In this document: positions 11,867 through 23,462 of the stretch, one piece after another
How the letters are laid out: every line of letters starts with the position of its first letter
Position numbering within the stretch: position 1 is the stretch's first letter
NCBI RefSeq assembly: GCF_000143415.4
Contig: NW_003314288.1
Location: forward strand, 629,619-693,618
Source: Selaginella moellendorffii
Lineage: Eukaryota; Plantae; Lycopodiophyta
Reading direction: 5' to 3'
DNA: 64,000 nt
Made by a program: the position numbers and the translations under genes
Notes under the pieces: generated by a model
Seen by the model: the letters and a program-made list of their open reading frames with translations, nothing else
What the model was told of the DNA's origin: nothing
Database searches by the model: none

Positions 11867-14800
11867 TTAATGAATCTCACCTTGAACCCGGGTTATGAAT
11901 GCTCTTGCTGCATCTCTTGCATGGTCTGGCAAGGTGATGGTGGCACTCTGCTTCCGCATCCAACCATGCACAACATTATCCACCGATATGCTCATGCTGG
12001 GATCCCTTGGATTCAGCACCCATCTCTTTTCTAGGCAATCCTTCGTATATCCGGAACTTGGCTTGAACCACTCCACAGTTACATTGAAGGAGTTAGTTTC
12101 CGCGTCCTCCTCTGCATCAATGATGCAGTGCCCCACCCATATCATTTGTTTTTTATTACTGGGCCTGACAAGCACCACCATTCCTTTGCAGACCTGTACT
12201 GAATTGAATGCTGAATCTGGCTTCTTGTTCCTCGGCCCACAATAGTGATCCTCAACATCGTTATCTGTCACTGCATTTCCAGAGGACATTGTTCCGCTAC
12301 TATCTGGTGCTCTGGGTTCTGGCCAAAAGGACTCTTCCAATTCTTCATATACAACCGGCCCATTTTGGATAGCAGATATAATCTTCTCCCAGTATTCGAG
12401 CAAAGGCTTGCACCTCTTAAAATAGGATTCTCCACCAAACACCAACCCCCTCTTCCAGAAGGCAATATGCTGTCTAATCCCGGCCACTATACTTTCCTGG
12501 TCTTTGAGTCCATCCGGGTGCATCGGCCGTGGGGAACCCTGAGGAATCATAGGTTCCCCAGTTATGGGATCTCTCTTGAAGAGTTCAATGCCATCCACTG
12601 GCAGCCACACTGTGTCCCATTCTCTCATCTTGTACCTCATCACTGGAGCACCGTCACGCATGCTGAAATGAAACTGAAGAGGCTTGGAGTGGCCAATCAG
12701 CGTTTCGGATCCGTCCCTAATGTAGCCTCTTACAAACCCCTTAAAGTCTGGAACCTCTGTCACAAGTGCAGCTTCAACAGTGCCTTTGATGCAATTTTGG
12801 AATTCATCGTAGAGTTGTGGGAGGGTGAGGACATTGGATCGCCGGAGGGACTCTGCCAGGTGACTGAACATGGCATCGACGTCTTCATGAGTGTGCCCAA
12901 CCATGAGAAAGCCAAGTGTAACCATTTCAAATATGCCTTTGGCAACAAGCATCACCAAGTACGCGAAGACGTACATGTTTTTGTTCTCACTGCCAGCATT
13001 GTTTGTTTGGAGCAGAAGATGGGGTGGAAGGCCACATCGGCCGCAAGAACTTCCTTGAGATTCTGCTTCATTTGGATGAGGCTGTGCATTCACCGGGTGA
13101 CCAGCCTCGTCGGAATGGCATGAGGCCTCACATGATAACCCTACAATCTAACGGCCAACATATTCACTGGGATGGCATGGGGCCCCACGCGATACTGCAA
13201 GCCTTTGCTCCTCCTCCAGCTGAACCCTGTATGGGGTTCGATCGACAAGGGCCTTATGCAAGGGTTGGCCGTTCAGCTCAGTCTGCGCACTTTGCAGAGA
13301 CCTTAAGTGTTTTGCTAGGGACGCAATCATCATGTTTGCACCCCCGCCACCCCATAGAGGTACAAAGAAGTTCCCATAGTTCTGGGCACCATGCCCATGA
13401 GCGATTATGCCAAACAAAGACACAGGCAGCTGCATGGATGAAGAGATTGCCTTGGGGGCAGGATTGAGTCGAGGTAAGCACGTCTTTTTCTGGTCCATTT
13501 TGTCATGGATGATGTAGAGGTAAGAGTCAGGTCTCTCCATGGAGAGAATCCTGTTATGATAATATGCAGTCCTGCAGCTTCTCTGCTCGATGTTGTGGTC
13601 GAGCCGCCTTCTAACCAACGTCTCTCGCTCTTGAGCGCTGCAAGAATTCTTCGACAAAGCCATTTTGATAGCAGTGCACTCGTCACACTTTGAAAAGCTG
13701 GAGTACTTTCCTATACTCACATCCCTGAACCTGTTGCTCCACAATCTACTAAATCTAGATTGGCTCAGCTTCCTGTAGCCATTACTCTAGAGTTCCCGAT
13801 TCACATCTTCCAATATGGCCCCCTTGGTATACATGGAAGGGAGAACTCGTTGGGTGTCTCGTGTTCCATCTTCCAAGAGGCGGGTTTTATGTGGTTGCTG
13901 CTCGCTACATGTCTCGACAAACTTCTTGAAGATTGCCTCTCCATATACAACATGACCCCTGGTTTTGTGCGTACCGTCGTTCCCATGGACTGCCTGTTGA
14001 ACCCTTTGTTCCTCGAACTCAGTTTTGATTCTGTAGAATGTGCTTCGAGGGACTCCATAAATGATTCTCCATGCCTTCATGTAGACCAAACCCCTCTGGA
14101 AGACCATGCCCCCCACCTGATGTTCTGAAGCATCAACAGATGACCATAATGCCTCATACACAAAATTGCGAGCTGCCTTCCAGGACAATGTCTTGTATCT
14201 TGCTCTCTCCTCTTCAATAGCATCCCAATCAGCATGTTGACAGCACCTCCTCTTGCAACAAGCAACTGTCGAGACCATTCGAACCTCCATCGCCATTTTC
14301 TGCCTTTTCGGTTCGTTGCTCAGATCCCTTTGGCTGCGCTATAGGAAGGTGTACTTTCTTTTCCCATAAAGAGATTTTCTGTCATCAGTTGTAGTGGTGT
14401 TTGATTGTGAATCCTTCACATTCTCAAACACTAAGTGCCTCAATTTCCACCGCACAATGCTTCCAATAGTCAGACTGTTTTCTTCTGTGTCAACAACCTC
14501 TAAAATCGCAACTCCAATATCATCCCAGCCCAATTCTTGATTAGCAACTGCATCTCTTGGATCGACAACTGTGGCTAAGCCCTCAGCTACCACCTCCCCC
14601 TCGGGGTTGTTTAGAAACACCTTTGCCTGAATCCATGTAGCACGGTTTTTAAGATCCACAGAGGGAACATGCGTCGCACTTGCGCTGTCCCCAACATCTG
14701 CTTTCTTCTGCAAATTTTTCAAGGCAACAACAACATTTACCCCGACGACCATCTCTCCTTGTTCAATAGCGACCACATTCCCATCGAAGACAGTCTCTAC

Positions 14801-14935
14801 TGATACAGCAGCATTGCCTTCCCCAAGCCTTTGACAGTGTATAACAAAGTTCCGATCCATAGATACAAGGGTCCCTTTTGCAACTCTCTTCCCACCATTC
14901 AAAATGTAAACCTTTTCCCCAACCCTGAAGGCCAT
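11867..14935 (-). pseudogene. DDD transposase (Sola1-like; GHTHEDVD type), about 1020 aa, with three in-frame TAG stops
   Basis: Four track ORFs are one frame broken by TAG at 14339, 13787 and 13148. Motifs FSKCDEC, IIHDKMDQ, LQT(N)NAGSENKN, FLMVGHTHEDVDAMFS; two N-terminal VAxG repeats resembling the Tnp1/EnSpm-like domain. Confidence 0.8.
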
Positions 14936-15139
14936 TCTGAAAGTGCAGAAAAGAAGTTAAGACCATACAAAAAATGATTGGAGAATGGCCTAAATCATAA
15001 CATACCAAATAGCATGAGGCCACATGCCATTATTCAAACATGCTATTGACACCCACGTGAAATTTCGCATTCACAAAATTGGCATGAGCCCTCATGCCAT
15101 TAGTGGTACCACTAATGGCATGAGGCCTCATGCCATCTT

Positions 15140-15409
15140 NNNNNNNNNNNNNNNNNNNNNNNNNNNNNNNNNNNNNNNNNNNNNNNNNNNNNNNNNNNNN
15201 NNNNNNNNNNNNNNNNNNNNNNNNNNNNNNNNNNNNNNNNNNNNNNNNNNNNNNNNNNNNNNNNNNNNNNNNNNNNNNNNNNNNNNNNNNNNNNNNNNNN
15301 NNNNNNNNNNNNNNNNNNNNNNNNNNNNNNNNNNNNNNNNNNNNNNNNNNNNNNNNNNNNNNNNNNNNNNNNNNNNNNNNNNNNNNNNNNNNNNNNNNNN
15401 NNNNNNNNN
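15140..15409. other. Assembly gap (N run)
   Basis: 270 N. Confidence 1.
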
Positions 15410-16126
15410 AAAAATGATAGACCTAGGAATGAGTTCGAGAATTCAAAAATAACACACGCTTGAACGTCACATCAAATCCTCTGACAAACCAGATCTTATG
15501 ATTCCTCTGACAAATTTCAAACTGAGTAGCTTCTAGACTTTGCTGTCGGAGGTTGAACTTTGTCACATCATGTCCTTGCCTCGATCCAGCTGTGCCATGT
15601 CAGTGATTCGAACTTTGCCATGCCGTGTCAGCGATCCGCGCCAAGATTATTCGCCGTGTAAAGGAATAATTATGCTGTGTGTGTACGTCCATTTATGGCA
15701 ATATAAGGCCACACGCCATTCAAAGAATAATGCTAGTCGAGCATTTTTTGGTGCATTTTTGGGTTCAAAATTGCATGAGCCTACATGCTATAAAGTTTAC
15801 TTGTACCAAAAATAGAAACAGCTTTATTTACTTGGGAATTTAAGTGGTTGAGGCATTTTTAAACTTACAAACACATGCCTTACTTACATTCCTTTGGTTG
15901 CTTAAAATTCAAAAATATATAAACATTTCTTTTTGCATTTTCAATGTTTTCAATTATGGTTTTTGATTTTCGCAGGACCAGCCTAGTAATCTATTTGCAT
16001 CCTGTCATGTTTATAGCTAGCTTTCGTTTGTCCCCTTCGCTAGCCTGAGATACATCTGCTCGGCATCTGCCTCTTACAGCATTTGCCCAGAAAGGGCATC
16101 TTTCTTCACGCAGCATTTGCCACATG

Positions 16127-16159
16127 TTTAGGGTTTAGGGTTTAGGGTTTAGGGTTTAG
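16127..16159 (+). repeat. Interstitial plant telomeric repeat (TTTAGGG)4 + TTTAG
   Basis: Read directly from sequence. Confidence 0.95.
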
Positions 16160-17403
16160 CAATTCAGTAGCTTGATAAACATGCAAATACAGAACTTAAT
16201 GCAAAATCCTTTGATATGTCACAATGCCCCTAGGACCATAAACACATTTCAATAGAGAGGGTCCTTTCATTTCATAACTCCTTACGTAGATCTTGGTGAA
16301 ACCAGAGTTAATGAAGTTGGTTTCTTGTGATCCCGCATCTGATTGTGATGTCCCTTTGCAGTGTCGATGGAAAGGTCAATGCACACCAAACTGTAGAATC
16401 TTGGAGCAAAATAACGGTCGGATCTATGGCAAATGCCCTTGAAACATTGTAAGGCTCGTGTGGTCTCATGTGGTGTCCGATCGAGATGCTTCTTTGCAGG
16501 GTCATCAAGAAGGACATTGTATACCATTCTTTAAAATCTAGTTGCAATCTAACGGTTGGATCTCCAGGAAACTCAAAACAATCTCACGCATGTCAGAATA
16601 TTCTAGGAATATACTCCTATGTGCTCCTGAAAATGGCATGCGGCCCCACGCCATTCAAGAGATAACGCCAGATGACACCGAGCATTTTTTGGTGCATTTT
16701 TTGGGATCAAAATTGCATGAGCCCACACGCTTGAACGTCACATCAAATCCTCTGACAATTTATTTAGCTGAACATCTGGCATTTTTGGAAATACAAGATG
16801 CTTTGGAATATCCAATCATGCATGGTATAAATATAGCGAGGGTATTAAATGATATCCCAATCATGATCTTTCTTTTGGATTTCGCGTGCATGCAGTCCGA
16901 GGAATGATGACGTTGCGGATTTCTCTTGGATTTCACGCATGCGCGCGGCGATCCAGAAATTAATGGTGGCGCCCAAGTCCGAGGAATGATGACGTGGCGG
17001 GATTACCAACCGTCGTGACATTTCGCGCGTGTGAGGTTAGGTTTTGCATTTTGCTTCGTACTCGCGCTCGCACACTTGCGCTCGCATCGCACTCCCACTC
17101 GCGCTCCCACTTCTCTACAGGTTTCTCATGTGCATCGGCATCCACTCGCGCTTGCATCACACTCGCGCTCGCATCACGCTTGCATCGCGCTCGTGTGCAT
17201 CAGCGTCCACTTCAAGACACACCCAGTTTGTAACTTCGCCGCCAACTCCGCCGCCCACTCCACGCAGCCCACTTGGCGTCCCGAGAGATTTCAGCGCCGC
17301 TCTCCAACTGTAAGTGGCAGAGTAGCCTTGCTGCTACGATCCGCTGCACACACAGTGCACATTCGCTAGCGAGTCCGGTTGTCACGCCTCCATTCGGCTT
17401 CAA

Positions 17404-20400
17404 ATGGTAAGTCTTTTAGGCCAAGTAGAAAATGGCATGAGGCCACATGCCATTCAATAGCAACATTGGCATGCACCGATTGGGCTCTCGAGTGCAGTCC
17501 GGTTACTGATGGCGTGTAGCCTCACGCCATCTTAGGATGCAGCCTCAAGACATCTGATGCAGTGGTGAATGGCGTGTGGCCTCACGTTATTTCCAGCTAC
17601 TAGCTTTTCATCTGTCAGCTCTAATTGTTGTGCATTTCTGAACAGGCGAGGAATTGCGTTCTTCTTCCAGCCACTGTCAATGTGGATGCAGAGAAGGGGG
17701 AGGAGCTCACCAGTTGGACTTTCGGGATGGAAGGCGAGGATCTGAGGCTGTACAACACAGATGGTGGGAGAAAAGAATGCATGGGGATCCTCATCCAAGT
17801 GACAGACACTCCATGCAGTTCCATGCAAGAATATGGACTGGCACTTGTGGTAGAGACAGCGTCTGCCTTCAAGATCCACCTTGCACATCCTAGCGGCTTC
17901 CCGGAGGGGGGCAGCGGCTATGAGGAATTCCTAGAGGGAGCTAGGGAGAGGTTGTCCAGGAGGCCCACAATTTCAAAGACGCTGCGGGTCTATGAAGATC
18001 ACATGGAATCCACGGACCTCACCTACGGCGATGTTCAAAAACTATATTCCAACATTGAGCCGTTGAGAGTGCCTCCAGTTCGCGAAGCGAAGGGGAAGGG
18101 GGTCGATTTGGAAACTACCCCGATGCAGAAAAGGGTGGTCAAGCTCAAGCCGACGTCCGACTCTCCTCCAAAAAAGAAGCTACTCGGTGATGCCATTGCC
18201 TCGGGTTCGAACACTACACCCACCAAAAAGAAGAGCCGCAAAGAGCAGAAAGAGCAAGAAGAGGCAGCAAAAATTGTCACAGATAATAGTACTTGTTACT
18301 ATTCCAACAAAGTATATACAATCGACGTGAGCCATATCGACATCCAAAGCAAATACAACCACAGGCTAGTATCTGATGAGTGGGTGGAGAAACTGAAGCA
18401 AAAGATGCTGGCAAGTCCAGTAACACCCGACATTGCAGACGTAATCCCCTACTACCGAACAATGAAGGGCGAGACGAGGTTTCTAAACTTGATCAATAGG
18501 AAGGTGTTGGACGATCAGAACATCCGGTTTTATGCCGTCTCCGGGCAGCATTCTAGCTTGGTGATGCAAGAGATAGTTGTGGATATTATGGTGGGCGAGG
18601 AAGTGAAGAAAGTCTTCAAGACAAGAGTTGTCCGCCTGATAAAAGGCAACTCGCCCCTCCGATCTATCATATACATCTCCCACGCGCAGAATGTCAAGAA
18701 AGAAACGTGCTACAAATCGGGTCTGCACGAGACATTGGCACGAACACGGAAGCTTTGGGTTCAACTGAAGAAGCCACAAAAACCAGGACAAGGACGTGCA
18801 CTAGCAACTAGCGCCTGGCAGGTAAGCCTCGTTGCATGTGGCATAGCATGTGGCCTCACGCCATTTCCATTGTAGGAATTCTCGAGTCTTCTCTCGAAAA
18901 CACTGGGGGTCAATGACACACTCAGCATCCATAACATTCTACTCGCGACAAAAGTTGTTTTTGACAAATGGGTAGATGTGCTGAGGAGGTACCATGACGG
19001 GGAGTTGCCAAACTCAATGGGTGTGGAGGACGGCCGGAAGCCCAATGATTTGAAGCTCAACGCCTTGCGTTTCTCGCGGTCTCTAGACGACGACGACCTT
19101 CTGACAGTGGCTAATGCTCTTCTACGTGGTGAGGTAGTCTTCAACAAGACCAAAATGACTCCCGGCCATATTGTGACATACGAGGACTTGTGCACGACTC
19201 TGAGAGCTCGTGCGCTATTGAAGGATTGGATCTTCGAGCAAGTGGCCATGGAGAGGGTGAGCATCGACACCACGCAAGAGATGATGGAAGCGCTGGATTT
19301 GTCAAATGAAGACATCGATGACTACGTGAAGGGGGCCCCCAAGTTCATCGATCTGCTGCGGGATGCCACAAAAAGTAAAGCTGAGAAGTTGGATCAGTAT
19401 CCAAATTTCATTAAGAGTGATGTCGAGCGCCGGCTTCATCGACCCCGCAGCAGAGGCCTATCGAGAACCTTACCGGGTATACTTGAATTCGGATGAGGAT
19501 CAAAGGTGGAGGAGCATCGTTTCCCACGGAGATGAGTAGGTCAAGAACATCTTTTGTGTGATGGACTTCACAAACGAGGAGATCACTCATGCAGACAAAG
19601 TCAGCTCCATCATTAACTTAATGGTGGGACTTGCGGAGGTGGAATCTTCAGTCCACTATATGATCTACGACTCCGAATCCTATCACAAGTTCTGGAAGGC
19701 CTTGAATGAGGTGAAGGCTCGGTTGAAAGGCAAGGAGATGCGGGAGATCCATGGGATAATGGCTAAGAAGAAGATACCGACGAATGTCCGCATCTTCACA
19801 CTCGCCCTTGTTATTGGTCCTGTAGCAGAGTGGGACTGGAGTGACTTCCCAGCTTCGTTCGACAAGGCCAATCGAATTGATCTGAGGGAGGTCAATTTAC
19901 CCCTGCCTGAGGAACTGAAGACGGCTATGGAGCTTTCGAATCCAAAGAAAGCTCCAGGTGCAGCATGGGAAATGCTTAGCTGGGTCTTCAACGCAATAGC
20001 GGGTGGGTCACCTGCTTCCGACTCCAAGGGCAAATGCGTTGTCGAGTACAACTGCGGCGGACTATTCTTTCGAGCCGCACTACTCAAGGGTGTCCCGTGT
20101 GTTGCGGTGACAAACTCCATTGAAGAGGTGACTTCAATGGAGCATATAATTACAGTTGCCAAAGAAAAACAGTATCTTCTCTGCGAACCTGGTGAGTACG
20201 CACTTTAAGTTTAAATGTTATCTCACAAGCTCTGTATGCAGGAGCGTGGCCACCCCCAAATGCTGAAACGGCATTAACAGCTACTGTTGAAGATACCCAT
20301 GTTGGGCCGAGCTCACAACCTGCACAAGGTAAGGTCACATGAGGCCTCACGCCATTTTGATTATAGATCGTTGTGAATATTCAGACACGAGGACTAAAAA

Positions 20401-22995
20401 GCGCACTGGTGGCGTGTCGAAGAAGGACAAACAGACAAGCAATAGGAAAAAAGGAGGTACAAATTATATTTGCAATGGCGTGTGGTCTCATGCCATTCCT
20501 TGCAGGAGACACTTCTTCAAAGGCAAAACAGGCAAGCACCAGCCAAGCTCAAACTGACAGTGGTCATAAAAAGCGAAAGCACGTTGGACAGTCGTCGGGA
20601 TCAGAGGCATTTGATTCGAAAAGGAAGAAGGGCAACGAAAAGATGATAGGTAATGCCTCGCGGATATGGCGTATGTGCTCATGCCATTCATTGCAGATCA
20701 AGGGCTGAGTGAAAGCAGGTAGTCACCACCTCCTGACTCAGATTCCTATGGCGGACTCCCCTTCCCCAATCTCAATGGAGAGGTACAATGGATGAGGGAT
20801 GCTTTTCAAGTCAGGGCCACGTTTTTCTCATCTCGTCGTCTTCGAAGGGTGCAAGAACGTGCAGAAACCATGTTAAGACAATCGGGTGAGGATACAGTCC
20901 TAGGTCACGCACTAAAACAGGCTATGGATGTCTTGTATTTTGAGATGGAGACTCGGCCAGATGATTTTCCCAAGATGGTCCTGGAAGAACAAGCCATCCA
21001 GCCTGAGCAGCCTATGGAAGAAATGCAGGAGGGGGATGAGGAGCCAGAGAAAGATAATGAGCAGGAAGAGCAGAAGGACGAAGAGGAGGACAAAGAAGAG
21101 GAGGACGAAGAAGAGGAGGACGAAGAGGACTTGGATGGTCCTCACAATGGTGACGATCACAATAACGACGACGACGATGATGACGACGATGGCCAGCCTG
21201 AGGTGGCCAAAGAGCAGCGGAGGAAGGTCATACAAGACAAACCATCAGGTAAATAATAGTACATCCATTCCTAACCTTTTACCATTTCTAACATTGTCCA
21301 TGTAGGTCGCAGAGCAAATGGTAAGTAGAGATTATTCAGTTGAATTTACAAACTCTAGCCTTTAGTGTCGAGGAAGGATAGTGCCAAGCAAGGGTCGAAA
21401 CGTATGTCCAATCCTTCAGAATCAGCAGTGCGCCCAAGTGATATCGGTCCTAGTTCCTCAATAGCAGTTGATGGTAAATACAATATAGTCGATTCAATGT
21501 GCTAATGAGTTTGTTTTTAGTAGCACGGGAGGATACCATCTCAATCGAAGGGAGATATTTGGACATGCATATGGATCCGCCAGTGGACTCTACTTGGCTG
21601 CAAGAGTCATCAGAGCTGGTGGAGGCTACTATCCATATCAACGCCAAGCAAGCTGACCACGCTCCACTTGATGCTGCCCATACCATTGAGTCAATCTTGT
21701 CCACGTATCCAACTGACGGTGACCAGGCGCCATTGGACCTGCATGAGGCCGCCCCAGCCGCCGAGCCGGTCGTATCCTCATTTCCAACGGACTCAACGTG
21801 TGCCCAATCGTCTGACTACGCGCCGTTGGAACCTCCCTACACCGCCCCTGCTGCTTGTTCGGTCATGTCCACTTTGCTAACGGAGGCACCAGCTGAAATG
21901 GCGTGTGATCACACGCCATCGGAACCACCCCATGCCACTGTTGAGCCAGTTGTACCAGAGTCTACAGCTGAAATGGCATGTGCCCACACGCCATCGGATG
22001 CGATTGACCCCACATTGCAGAGGAGAGTATTTCCGCCCTTCACGTTTCCTCGACCAAAACCCTCTCAACGACTATCGGGAGCATCATTCGCTAATATTGT
22101 AGATGGTAAAATTGACTTGTACCATTTTTTATGCTGACGCTTTTTCATTTCAGAGTCACGGCGAAGGTACTGTATCATTTTTGATTTGAACGGTGTCTTT
22201 TTCTCCCATGAGCGTGGCTCGTCCTCGAATGTCATTGCACCCTCCAAAGCCTGCGGTTGCAAGTTGGTCAAAAGAGACAGATTCACATTAATCACACGGG
22301 AGAAACTACAGGATCTAATAATGACCATGCGACACTTAAAACAGAGGGCCGGGTTCAATTTGCAATTGGGAGTTTGGACATCCATGATGCGCCACAATGC
22401 ATTAACGTTGCTACAGATGATGCACGATCAGATGCGAGTAATATTACCATTTGACTTTCTCCTAACGCAGGAGGATTGCTTGACTATGGTCCATGTGAGG
22501 GGTAGCAAGCCCATCTTCGTCAAGCCAGAGGCTGTAGTGATGAACCGGACTGCTAGGTCAAGTGAAATCCTCATCATCGATGACTCGCCGATTAAAACTG
22601 CAGCGAACACGCACACATATGCAGTGCACCCCATCTCTTGCAGTATGGAAACTAGGGAAATAAAACCGTATGTTCTGGGGGACCTTGCAAAACGGCTTGG
22701 AGCGATGGTGATAGAGAACCGGCCAGTCCAGGAGGTGGCTGCAGAAATCAACCAAATGGCAGATGGAACGGTATATCAGAAGCCATTTGATCGGACAGAC
22801 ACCAGTCATCATTTATGGCATGTATATTGTCTAGCCAAGCACTATCCGCATCTCCATAATCTGCTCAACCGGATGGGTTCTTCGACTACTGAACATGAGC
22901 GTGGACGTATTAGAGAAGAGATGGCATTACTATTGGGTTTAAATCCTGATAGTGTGGAGAGTGATGAAATTCCAAGATTATTGTATAGGCGTTGA
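17404..22995 (+). pseudogene. Transposon-borne multi-exon gene: ParB-like, amino-MTase-like, basic/acidic and Pro-rich linkers, FCP1/NIF HAD phosphatase-like
   Basis: ATG|GTAAGT at 17404. Frame-preserving GT-AG introns at 17407-17645, 18822-18875, 20192-20241, 20329-20384, 20457-20505, 20650-20696, others near 21250-21520, and one ending at 22153. Motifs FYAVSGQHS; NPKKAP..VVEYNCGG..AALLKG..CVAV; IIFDLNGV..GVWTS..IIDDSP.K. Lesions: frameshift ~19450-19500, TAG at 19537 and 20720. Confidence 0.7.
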
Positions 22996-23462
22996 AGGCA
23001 AAAAATAACAGTCTGAGATGGCATGTATTTATTTAAAAATGTAACTTATTATGGCATGGGGTTCCATGCCATTGTATTAATATTAAAAGACAATTCTTTG
23101 AGAGGATTTGCATTATACTAGAAGTGTTATAGCATGTTATTGGAAGTCTACAAAGTTGTTTTATTAATAAGGGGAAAGTAAAGATTGAATGGGGACTTGG
23201 GCTCCACCTAGACTCGGAGCAACTGAGCCAATATTAAAAGGATGGAAAGAAATTGGACGATGATGACAAGGAGAAGAGAGAGGTGAAGTAGTGGCAGGGG
23301 GAGGAGAAGTGATTGAGTAGACATTTCCTTGTTTAAAATAAAATGGCATGTGCCTCAATGCAGTTGAATTTTGTTATATTTATATACTATATAAAGGTTT
23401 GGAAACCTTATTTTACAAGTGGGATAATGACAATTCCCACTTTAACGAAATAGAGCTTAGTG

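Larger units (their letters stand above)
11720..23364. repeat. Dispersed 22-bp palindrome family ATGGCRTG-N6-CAYGCCAT (about 20 copies)
   Basis: Copies start at 11720, 13115, 13172, 15009, 15079, 15115 (perfect), 15770, 16633, 16712, 17432, 17509, 17569, 18843, 20334, 20475, 20666, 21898, 21973, 23051 and 23343. Confidence 0.92.
11178..23458 (-). mobile_element. Full-length TIR DNA transposon with Sola1-like DDD transposase and large cargo gene
   Basis: Perfect 24-bp TIR AAGCTCTATTTCGTTAAAGTGGGA at 11178-11201 and 23435-23458; AGTG TSD at 11174-11177 and 23459-23462. Removing the element restores the gypsy pol frame (ALSQAPLPSPLTSHVSDKPVVPASVDFLD). Confidence 0.93.

Noticed and set aside
12245-13123. 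292-aa plus-strand ORF and other long antisense ORFs (7013-7648, 27011-27769)
   Set aside because: Shadows of real coding sequence on the opposite strand; no motifs
15024-15452. ORFs spanning N runs (also 42571-43013)
   Set aside because: Artefacts of assembly gaps
11720-23364. Palindromic repeats as a CRISPR-like array
   Set aside because: Irregular spacing, located within introns and exons, eukaryotic context, no cas genes
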